Shown here: in pieces, positions 20,140 through 27,908 of the stretch
Layout of the letters: every line of letters begins with the position of its first letter
Position numbering within the stretch: the stretch's first letter is position 1
Assembly (NCBI GenBank): GCA_964523765.1
Contig: CAZFZX010000006.1
Span: forward strand, 1 to 59,979
Direction of reading: 5' to 3'
Origin: an uncultured Enterobacteriaceae bacterium
Lineage (GTDB): Bacteria; Pseudomonadota; Gammaproteobacteria; Ga0077536
Length of the DNA stretch: 59,979 nt
The notes under the pieces: model-generated
Seen by the model: the letters and a program-made list of their open reading frames with translations, nothing else
The model's database searches: none
What the model was told of the DNA's origin: nothing
Translations under genes and position numbers: made by a program

Positions 20140-20388
20140 ATGGCTCGGGTCGTACTGCAAACGGATGTCGCCCGTGATTTCGCTAACGGCCGATCCGAGA
20201 TCGAGATCGCGGCGACGAATGTACGGCAGTTGATCAAACGGCTCGACGGGAAGTTTCCCGGTATCGGGGCGCGCCTCGGCGAGCGGACGGCCGTCGCCAT
20301 CGATGGCGAGATCTTCCAGGAACCTCTACTCGAAACGATCCGGGAAGACAGCGAGGTGTACTTTCTGCCGATGATAGAAGGCGGCTGA
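20140..20388 (+). CDS. MoaD/ThiS-family ubiquitin-like small protein with a C-terminal Gly-Gly
   Basis: 82 aa: MARVVLQTDVARDF...AVAIDGEIFQEPL...EVYFLPMIEGG-stop. Length, the beta-grasp-like pattern and the terminal GG fit sulfur-carrier proteins. The stop overlaps the next ATG (TGATG at 20386-20390). Confidence 0.6.
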   Translation: MARVVLQTDVARDFANGRSEIEIAATNVRQLIKRLDGKFPGIGARLGERTAVAIDGEIFQEPLLETIREDSEVYFLPMIEGG

Positions 20389-21428
20389 TGGTTCCCGATC
20401 CACATTCGCGGGAGATGTCGACTTGTATCACCGGCCGCTTCGCTCCCGCGCCCTCGGCGCCCGCTTGGTTTCACTCGGCGCTCGAGCATCCGGTATCGTC
20501 CAATTTCGTCGAGGTCGACGGTTGCCCGATCCACTATCTACTGTGGCCTCGATTCGGCGACGGCGAAGACAGGGGTGGGTTGTTGTTTGTCCACGGCGGC
20601 GGCGCGCACGCTAACTGGTGGCGCTTCATCGCGCCGTTTTTTACCCGTGATTTTCGCGTTGCCGCGATCGATTTGTCCGGCATGGGCGACAGCGGCCGGC
20701 GCGACGATTACGACGCGATCCAACGCGCCGACGAAATGAAGGCGGTCATCTCTGCCGCCGGTCTGCGAGCGAAACCCTTCGTCATCGGTCACTCGTTCGG
20801 CGGACTCATGACCATGCGTTTTGGAGCCGCCTATGGCGATGAAATCGGCGGCGCCGTGATCGTCGATTCGCCGATCCGGCGTCCCGAGGAGCGCGCCAAA
20901 TTCAAACCGCCGAAAGGCATGGGCTGGATGCGTGTCTACGATACGTTTGAAACTGCGGTCGACCGTTTCCGTCTGTTGCCGGCACAGGAATGCGCGAACG
21001 CTTTCCTTGTCGATTTCGTCGCGCGCCACTCGATCAAGGAGGTCGAGACGGGCTGGGCGTGGAAGTTCGACATCGGCGTCCTGTCTTCGCGCCGCTTCGG
21101 CGAACCCTTCCATGAACATCTGCAGAAGGTCCGCTGCCGGGCCGCGCTGATCTTCGGCGAGTCCAGTGCGCTGGTCAGCCGCGAAACCGCCGCCTACATG
21201 TCGGAATTGATGGGTCCGCAAGCCCCGATCGTCGAAATCCCGGAAGCTCGACACCATGTTATGCTCGACCAGCCGTTGGCGTTCGTCGCAGCGTTACGCG
21301 CGATCCTCGACGGATGGGTGCGAACCGACAGCGGGGAACCACCGCGACGACACTTCGCCCTGACCAGCCATACGCCAAAGTTGACATTTGTCTTCGATGG
21401 ATCAACGATTTTCGACCGTCGACGATAA
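20388..21428 (+). CDS. alpha/beta-fold hydrolase
   Basis: LLFVHGGGAHANWW...DLSGMGDSG...FVIGHSFGG (GxSxG nucleophile elbow). The start could be a few codons downstream. Confidence 0.75.
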   Translation: MVPDPHSREMSTCITGRFAPAPSAPAWFHSALEHPVSSNFVEVDGCPIHYLLWPRFGDGEDRGGLLFVHGGGAHANWWRFIAPFFTRDFRVAAIDLSGMGDSGRRDDYDAIQRADEMKAVISAAGLRAKPFVIGHSFGGLMTMRFGAAYGDEIGGAVIVDSPIRRPEERAKFKPPKGMGWMRVYDTFETAVDRFRLLPAQECANAFLVDFVARHSIKEVETGWAWKFDIGVLSSRRFGEPFHEHLQKVRCRAALIFGESSALVSRETAAYMSELMGPQAPIVEIPEARHHVMLDQPLAFVAALRAILDGWVRTDSGEPPRRHFALTSHTPKLTFVFDGSTIFDRRR

Positions 21429-21495
21429 CTAAGACCCGCGACCGATAGTCTGCGAACCTGCTTCGTTTGACGGGTCCACCACTAGGAGAAAAAAG

Positions 21496-22146
21496 ATGAA
21501 ACTGTTGAATTCGTTCGGGCCCAACCCGCGCGCCGTGCGCATGTTCATGATCGAAAAAGGCATCGAACTGCCGACCGAAGAACTCGATTTACTGGGCGGC
21601 GATAATCGTGCCGAGCCCTATGTGGCCAAAAATCCGGGCGGTCAGATGCCGGCGTTGGAACTCGATGACGGCACCGTCTTCGGCGAAACGGTCGCGATGT
21701 GTGAGTACCTGGAAGAGAAGAACCCCGACCCGGCATTGATCGGGTCTAGCGCCGAAGAGCGGGCCAACACCCGGCAGTGGATGCGGCGCGTCGAATTGAA
21801 CATCACGGAGAACATGTACAACGCATTCCGCTATGCCGAAGGGATCGACATGTTCCGGGATCGGCTGTTCTGCATTCCGGAAGCCGCCGACGGCTTGAAG
21901 GCGAAAGCGGCGGGCAGCCGGAAATGGCTCGACGGATTGATTGCGGGCCGGGATTTCGTCGCCGGCGATAAGCTGACGATGGCGGACATCATCCTCTATT
22001 GCTGCTTGGATTTCGCCAAAGACGTTGGCCAGCCGCTCGACACGGATCTCGAAAACCTGTCCGCGTGGTTCGCCCGCATGGACGGCCGCCCGAGTGCTTC
22101 GGCGAGTCTGCACCCGGCTGCCGGCGAGGTGAAGATGCGGGGTTAG
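21496..22146 (+). CDS. glutathione S-transferase
   Basis: AGGAGA RBS. PNPRAVRMFMIEKGIEL...KNPGGQMPALELDDGTVFGETVAMCEYL. It is a paralog of 9315..9944. Confidence 0.8.
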   Translation: MKLLNSFGPNPRAVRMFMIEKGIELPTEELDLLGGDNRAEPYVAKNPGGQMPALELDDGTVFGETVAMCEYLEEKNPDPALIGSSAEERANTRQWMRRVELNITENMYNAFRYAEGIDMFRDRLFCIPEAADGLKAKAAGSRKWLDGLIAGRDFVAGDKLTMADIILYCCLDFAKDVGQPLDTDLENLSAWFARMDGRPSASASLHPAAGEVKMRG

Positions 22147-22238
22147 GAGTCTGCCGCGAGTCCTGTTGATGAGCCCCGGCGCCGACCTCATCGGATGGGT
22201 AGCCGGGGGCGTCTCTCCAGCGCCGTGAGCGCCGTGCA

Positions 22239-23801
22239 ATGAGTTGGCAGGACCTTGTCGAGAAGATCGCCAAACGCCGTGAACTCGCGCGCGGCCAGGG
22301 TGGCCCGGAAGGGATAGCGAAGCAGCACCGGGACGGCAGGCTTACGGTGCGCGAACGCATCGACGCCCTGCTCGACGAGCATTCGTTTCGCGAACACGGG
22401 CGTATGGCCGGCGGCGCGGTACTCGATGATGACCGTGAGGTCGTCGAGTTCACGCCGGCCAACTATGTCGTCGGTTTCGGCAAGATCGCCGGAAGACGCG
22501 TGGTCGTCGGCGGCGAAGACTTCACCTTAAAGGGCGGCTCGCCCAATGCGGCGGGGTTGCGCAAAAGCGTTTACGCCGAACATCTGGCGGTACAGTACCG
22601 CACCCCGCTGGTGCGCCTGCTCGAAGGCGGCGGCGGCAGCGTCGGCGCCGGCGACGATGATCCCCGCAAACCAAAAACGGTCGGGAACCCCGTCTACGAT
22701 GCGCCGCGCTTTCGGATCATCGCCGAGGCGATGGGCGCCGTACCGGTAGCATCCGCCGCGCTCGGGCCGGTCGCCGGATTTCCTGCCGGGCGCCTCGTTG
22801 CCTCCCACTTCTCAGTTATGACGGAAACAACATCGCAAGTCATGGTCGGCGGGCCGGCACTGGTCAAGCGCGCGCTCGGGCGCACCCTCACTAAGCAGCA
22901 ACTCGGTGGGGCGGCGGTGCACCGGAGGTCGGGCGTAGTGGACAACATCGCGGCGGACGAAGCGGATGCGTTCGAGCAGATCCGGACTTTCCTGGCCTAC
23001 CTGCCGCAAAGCATCTGGGAGCGAGCACCACGAGTTTCCTGTGATGACCCGCCGGATCGCTGCGAGGACGAACTGCTATCGATCGTACCGCACAACCGGC
23101 GGCATGCCTTCGACATGGGTCGGGTTATCGACTTGGTGGCCGATCAGGGCTCCTTCTTTCCGCTGATGGCCGGATTCGGACCCTCTCTGATGGTCGGTCT
23201 CGCGCGCCTCAACGGCCAATGCGTCGGCGTAACGGCGAACGACTGCCGACATCTCGCCGGCGCCATGACCGCAGCCGCAGCCCAGAAGATGCGTCGCATG
23301 ATCGAACTCTGCGACACTTTTCATCTACCGATGGTGCATTTCGTCGACGAACCGGGGTTCATGATCGGAGCAGACGCCGAAGCCGACGCTACGATCCGCT
23401 ACGGCATGGCGGCCGTCGCTGCGGCGGCGACCGCGTCGATTCCGTGGGCCTCGGTACGGGTGCACAAGTGCTTTGGCGTAGCCGGCGCGGCGCACTTCGG
23501 ACCCGACGCTTATCTGCTCGATTGGCCGTCGGCCGAATCCGGCGCGCTGCCGCTGGAGGGCGGCGTCGCGGTCGCCTTCGGTCGCGACATCGCACAAGCG
23601 CCGGATCCCGAAGCCAGGCGCAGCGAACTGGAGGCCCGATTCGCTAGTTCGCGCAATCCATTTCGCGCCGCCGAGTCATTCGCGGTCCATGAAATGATCG
23701 ACCCGCGCGAAACCCGGCCGATGCTATGTGATTGGATCGAATGGATCCAGCCGCGCCTGGAGGGTCTCGTCGGTGAAACGCGGTTCCTGATGCGCCCCTG
23801 A
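22239..23801 (+). CDS. acyl-CoA carboxylase carboxyltransferase (beta) subunit family protein
   Basis: 520 aa. GKLTVRERIDALLDEHSF...GFGKIAGRRVVVGGEDFTLKGGS...FVDEPGFMIG are typical of propionyl/methylcrotonyl-CoA carboxyltransferase domains. Confidence 0.8.
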   Translation: MSWQDLVEKIAKRRELARGQGGPEGIAKQHRDGRLTVRERIDALLDEHSFREHGRMAGGAVLDDDREVVEFTPANYVVGFGKIAGRRVVVGGEDFTLKGGSPNAAGLRKSVYAEHLAVQYRTPLVRLLEGGGGSVGAGDDDPRKPKTVGNPVYDAPRFRIIAEAMGAVPVASAALGPVAGFPAGRLVASHFSVMTETTSQVMVGGPALVKRALGRTLTKQQLGGAAVHRRSGVVDNIAADEADAFEQIRTFLAYLPQSIWERAPRVSCDDPPDRCEDELLSIVPHNRRHAFDMGRVIDLVADQGSFFPLMAGFGPSLMVGLARLNGQCVGVTANDCRHLAGAMTAAAAQKMRRMIELCDTFHLPMVHFVDEPGFMIGADAEADATIRYGMAAVAAAATASIPWASVRVHKCFGVAGAAHFGPDAYLLDWPSAESGALPLEGGVAVAFGRDIAQAPDPEARRSELEARFASSRNPFRAAESFAVHEMIDPRETRPMLCDWIEWIQPRLEGLVGETRFLMRP

Positions 23802-23879
23802 TTGCGTCCGCATTCCGTCGCGTTCGCCGACACTCGTCCGGCGACTGGTGAGAAAATGCGGGCTAGTAAGAAATGTGGG

Positions 23880-25115
23880 TTATTTGTCCGCCAGCTTCAA
23901 ACGTAAATAGTTGAGCAGACTAATCACGCTGTACTGCCGAATGCGTTCGCGGTCGCCGGGCAGCCGGATCTGTTCGACCTCAGTGCCAGCGGCGGTCGCG
24001 ATGCCGAGAAAAGTAGTCCCGGGCGGCAGCGTGCTCGGCTCGTCGAGGTCGTGCAGTCCGGTTGTCGAGATCCCGATGTCGGCGCCCAGCGTCTCGCGTA
24101 CGGCGGCGGCCAGGCGCCGCGCCGCCTCCGCGGTACCGATGGCGTCGCGGGGAACGCCCAGCAGGCTCTCGCGCACCGCGCCGGACGCGGGTACGATGCC
24201 GCCGCGAAATACCTCCCCCGAGGCATCGATCGCGGTCAACCGCTTAGCGATGAGGCCGCCGCTGGTGATTTCCGCCACGGCCAGCGTCAACCCTCCTTCC
24301 CGTAGGCGGTCGAGGACAACCGATTCCATGGTCTCGCCGTCGATGCCGAAGATGGTATCGCCGAGGATCTGCCGGACCTCGCGTTCTTCTGTGTTTAGCA
24401 TTGCGAGCGCCCTAGCTTCTTCTTCGGCCTTGACGGTGATCCGCACTTTGAGTCCTTCGATGCCGCTGGCCTGGAAAGCTAGCGTTGGGTTGCCGGCCTC
24501 ATCGAGCGCCTCGATCCGTGCAGCGAGCAATTCCGCGAGGCCTGATTCCGAATGGCCCCAGGTTCGCAACACGCGGCTCATGATGATGCCGTTGAACCCC
24601 GCGCGCCGCCGCAAATCGGGCAGAATGCTGCCGGTCATCATGGTTTGCATTTCATGCGGCACACCGGGTACCGCGTAGATAACCTTTTCTCCGACCGGGC
24701 AAAGCAGGCCCGGTGCGGTGCCCGGCATTTCCGCCAACGTGCTCGCGCCCTCCGGGACATCCGCCTGGCGCAGGTTGTTTTCCGGCATTACGCGACCGAG
24801 CGATTCGAACATGTGGCGGATCCGTTCCCCGATCTCCGGCTGGCGTACGAGTGGCGCGCCCATCACTTCGGCGATCGCTTCACGCGTGATGTCATCCTGG
24901 GTCGGCCCGAGTCCGCCGCAGGTTATCACCGCATCGCTGCGCGTAAGCGAATGGCGGATACACTCGACCATGCGATCAAAATTGTCACCAACCTTCAATT
25001 GATAGAGCGAGTCGATACCCGAGAGAGCCAATTGCTCGCCGATCCAGGCAGAGTTCGTATCGGTGATCTGGCCGAGCAACAGCTCGGTACCGATCGCAAT
25101 CACCTCGCAGCGCAT
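23880..25115 (-). CDS. cinA: CinA-family protein (MoCF-binding domain plus nicotinamide-nucleotide amidohydrolase PncC domain)
   Basis: MRCEVIAIGTELLLGQITDTNSAWIGEQL...VITCGGLGPTQDDITREA and a C-terminal CinA/PncC-like half. Confidence 0.85.
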   Translation of the reverse strand: MRCEVIAIGTELLLGQITDTNSAWIGEQLALSGIDSLYQLKVGDNFDRMVECIRHSLTRSDAVITCGGLGPTQDDITREAIAEVMGAPLVRQPEIGERIRHMFESLGRVMPENNLRQADVPEGASTLAEMPGTAPGLLCPVGEKVIYAVPGVPHEMQTMMTGSILPDLRRRAGFNGIIMSRVLRTWGHSESGLAELLAARIEALDEAGNPTLAFQASGIEGLKVRITVKAEEEARALAMLNTEEREVRQILGDTIFGIDGETMESVVLDRLREGGLTLAVAEITSGGLIAKRLTAIDASGEVFRGGIVPASGAVRESLLGVPRDAIGTAEAARRLAAAVRETLGADIGISTTGLHDLDEPSTLPPGTTFLGIATAAGTEVEQIRLPGDRERIRQYSVISLLNYLRLKLADK

Positions 25116-25293
25116 GATGACAGCGGCCTCTTAGCCGGTTTTGGTGCGATGCCCGAACATGGAACCACTATGCCCTGTGCGCGGTGCCCTGTCATCACCG
25201 CTTTCCGGCGGGCCGCGTTGTCGCCACCCGGGGGAGGAGAAGCCGGTTCCTGTATCATGCCGGATATCGTCAACACGCCCGAGTGCCCGCCGA

Positions 25294-26463
25294 TTGAACG
25301 CTGAAAGAATTCACGGGCCCCTTCTCCTGCCCGTATATGTACCCGCACTGCTACTCGGGATCGCTGCACAAGCGATTCTTGTACTGTTGCCGCTCTACGT
25401 CATTGCAGTGGGCGGCAGCCTCGCCGCGGCCTCGACGGCGGTCGGTTGCCGCGGCCTCGGCATGATGGCCTTCGACATACCCGCGGGGGTCCTGGCCGCA
25501 CGCCTCGGTGACAAAGCCGTCATGCTGTTAGCGATCCTCTTAGTGGGCGGCTCCCAGTTCGCCTATACGTTGACTGACGATGTCGGCCTCATTTGCCTGA
25601 TCGCCTTCGTCAACGGCGCCGGCGCCAGTTCGTTTCTTCTTGGCAGAATGTCCTACATTACCGACGTCTGTATTGCTACGGCGCGGGGGCGGGTCATTGC
25701 CATGATTGCCGGAAGCCTGCGCGCCTCGGCGCTGGTCGGTCCGATAGCGGGCGCCGTCGTGGTCGAATTTGCAGGATACGCAACCGCGTTCTACGGCGCA
25801 GCCGCCTCAGCAGTGCTGGCGTTTGGGTGCGTCGCCGTGTTCGCCAGGCACGAACGGCCGCTGCTGCGGGAATTGAAATTTCGTACGGTCGTGAATCTGG
25901 GCGTCGAATACCGCCGTGTCTTTTCGACCGCGGGCGTCGCCGCGATCGCCTTCATGCTCATGCGCTCGGCACGAACCGTGCTGATCCCGCTGATCGGTGC
26001 CGCCGTCGGACTGGATGTCGCCGCCATCGGTTTGATCGTCTCGACTTCGGCTGCGGTCGACGTGGCACTGTTCTACCCCGCCGGATTGATCATGGACAAA
26101 TTCGGACGGCGTGCCACCGCAGTACCGAGCTCCGCGCTGCTCGCCGTATCGCTGGCGGCAATGGCGCTTGCCTCCGGATTCTATTCGCTGCTCGCCGTCG
26201 CTATGCTGGCCGGGATCGCAAACGGCTTGTCGACCGGGATCGTGATGACCCTCGGCACTGATCTCGCGCCACCCGAACGGCGTAGCGAGTTTCTTGGGCT
26301 ATGGCGGCTGCTCACTGATGCCGGTACCGCCGCCGGGCCGATGACAATCGGTATGGTCGTAGCGGTCGCTCCTATCGGGATCGCGAGCCTCACCATAGCC
26401 GGCCTCGGTGCGCTCGGTAGCTATATTGTGTACCGCTTCGTCGAAGAAACTCTCGAACGCTGA
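25294..26463 (+). CDS. MFS transporter
   Basis: About 12 hydrophobic segments. There is no in-frame ATG near TM1, so TTG 25294 is the best candidate and the start is uncertain. The upstream part of ORF 25141.. is Arg/Pro-rich and unlikely to be coding. Confidence 0.65.
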   Translation: MNAERIHGPLLLPVYVPALLLGIAAQAILVLLPLYVIAVGGSLAAASTAVGCRGLGMMAFDIPAGVLAARLGDKAVMLLAILLVGGSQFAYTLTDDVGLICLIAFVNGAGASSFLLGRMSYITDVCIATARGRVIAMIAGSLRASALVGPIAGAVVVEFAGYATAFYGAAASAVLAFGCVAVFARHERPLLRELKFRTVVNLGVEYRRVFSTAGVAAIAFMLMRSARTVLIPLIGAAVGLDVAAIGLIVSTSAAVDVALFYPAGLIMDKFGRRATAVPSSALLAVSLAAMALASGFYSLLAVAMLAGIANGLSTGIVMTLGTDLAPPERRSEFLGLWRLLTDAGTAAGPMTIGMVVAVAPIGIASLTIAGLGALGSYIVYRFVEETLER

Positions 26464-26584
26464 ATCCTCCAGGTCGAACAACGTGTCGGCCTGCAACCCA
26501 GTACGCTCCCGAGCCGTGCTAATCTAGGCAGCTTCCGATTCATTCAGCGGGGCGAGAGATCTGCTGCCCGATAAGGAGTTGAGA

Positions 26585-27736
26585 ATGAGCGCAAGCGGAC
26601 CACTTGTGGGATTCAAGGTGATCGAACTGGCCGGCATCGGGCCCAATCCGATGTGCGCCATGCTGCTGGCTGATATGGGGGCCGAAGTCATTCGGGTTGA
26701 TCGAGTCGTTGACGCCGGCCTCGGCATCCCAGTCGATCCCAAATTCGCCGTGCTCGACCGCGGCCGGCGTTCGATCGCCGTGGACCTCAAAAAGCCGGAA
26801 GGCGTCGAGTTGATCCTGAAACTGGTCGAACAGTCGGACGCCTTGATCGAAGGTTTCCGTGCCGGCGTCACCGAGCGTCTCGGTCTCGGCCCCGAGGACT
26901 GCCTGGCGCGCAATCCAAAGCTGGTCTATGGCCGCGTTACCGGCTGGGGTCAGGATGGTCCGCTGGCAAAGGCCGCCGGGCACGACATCAATTATATTTC
27001 GCTCGCCGGAGCTGCACATGCCATCGGTCCGGCCGACGCCCCGCCGCCGCCGCCGCTCAATCTCGTCGGCGACTTCGGAGGCGGTGGCGCTTATCTCGCG
27101 ATCGGGGTCCTGGCGGCCTTGCTCGAAGCGCAAGCGTCGGGACAGGGTCAAGTTGTCGACGCCGCCATGGTCGACGGCGTCGCCTCGCTCATGGCCGCGA
27201 TCTACGGCCTGTACGCGGCCGGCGTCGTTACCGATGATCGCGGCACGAACATTCTCGACGGCGGTGCCCATTACTACGACGCCTATGAGACCGCTGACGG
27301 GCGCTATATCTCTATCGCCTCGATCGAATCGAAATTCTATGACGAGTTACTCGAACTGACGGGTTTCGAAGACCCCGAAAAGAAAGGACATCGTGATAAA
27401 ACGCGATGGCCGGCTTTGTCGGAAAAAATGGCCGCGCTGATCAAGACCAAAACTCGCGACGAATGGTGCGAACTCCTCGAAGGGAGCGAGATTTGTTTCG
27501 CGCCTGTGTTAACCCTGGCCGAAGCACCCCGTCATCCGCACAATGTTGCCCGGGAGACGTTCGTCGAGGTCGATGGCGTGGTGCAACCCGCACCCGCACC
27601 GCGTTTCAGCCGCACGCCGTCGAAGATCCAGAAAGGAGCATCGAAGCACGGCGCCGATACCGAGGCGGTGCTCGCCGACTGCGGCTTCGATCGAGATCAG
27701 ATCGCTGCGTGGAAAGGGAACCGGGTGATCGCCTGA
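26585..27736 (+). CDS. family III CoA-transferase (CaiB/BaiF), alpha-methylacyl-CoA racemase-like
   Basis: AAGGAG at 26573-26578 precedes the ATG. GPLVGFKVIELAGIGPNPMCAMLLADMGAEVIRVDR...GRVTGWGQDGP...GHDINYISL. Confidence 0.85.
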   Translation: MSASGPLVGFKVIELAGIGPNPMCAMLLADMGAEVIRVDRVVDAGLGIPVDPKFAVLDRGRRSIAVDLKKPEGVELILKLVEQSDALIEGFRAGVTERLGLGPEDCLARNPKLVYGRVTGWGQDGPLAKAAGHDINYISLAGAAHAIGPADAPPPPPLNLVGDFGGGGAYLAIGVLAALLEAQASGQGQVVDAAMVDGVASLMAAIYGLYAAGVVTDDRGTNILDGGAHYYDAYETADGRYISIASIESKFYDELLELTGFEDPEKKGHRDKTRWPALSEKMAALIKTKTRDEWCELLEGSEICFAPVLTLAEAPRHPHNVARETFVEVDGVVQPAPAPRFSRTPSKIQKGASKHGADTEAVLADCGFDRDQIAAWKGNRVIA

Positions 27737-27801
27737 GTGCGCGCTTAGGTCTCCCGGCCACCGGTTGAGCCTTCTGCAAAAAGCGGGTGAACGTTGCTAG
27801 C

Positions 27802-27830
27802 TTGACAGATCCCACAGTGTCTTTCAGATT
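27802..27830 (+). promoter_or_regulatory. candidate sigma70-type promoter (TTGACA-N17-CAGATT)
   Basis: Perfect -35 hexamer at 27802-27807, a 17-nt spacer and a weak -10 at 27825-27830, about 80 bp upstream of the carboxylase operon start. Confidence 0.2.
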
Positions 27831-27856
27831 AGCGGGCGGTGCACGAGAATTATCAC

Positions 27857-27876
27857 TGGCTGCGCAAGCGCAGCCA
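27857..27876. promoter_or_regulatory. perfect 9+9 palindrome (TGGCTGCGC-AA-GCGCAGCCA), candidate operator upstream of the carboxylase operon
   Basis: Read directly from the sequence. It lies 33 bp upstream of ATG 27909, between the candidate -10 and the RBS GGGAGGG. Confidence 0.4.
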
Positions 27877-27908
27877 AACCCGATAAACGCCGGGAGGGAT
27901 TGACGTAC

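Noticed and set aside
25258-25305. A 15-codon upstream ORF (MPDIVNTPECPPIER) about 17 nt after a strong GGAGGAG. Its stop overlaps the proposed TTG start of the MFS gene.
   Set aside because: It could be a leader peptide that provides translational coupling. It is very short, I cannot assess its conservation, and the MFS start itself is uncertain.
27857-27876. Reading of TGGCTG-N-GCGCA as a sigma54 (-24 GG / -12 GC) promoter, as is known for some acetone-carboxylase operons.
   Set aside because: The GG/GC spacing is compatible, but the -12 element is GCGCA rather than TTGCA. The sequence is also a perfect palindrome, which is better explained as an operator or hairpin. No sigma54 activator gene is nearby. 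This reading is left open rather than claimed.
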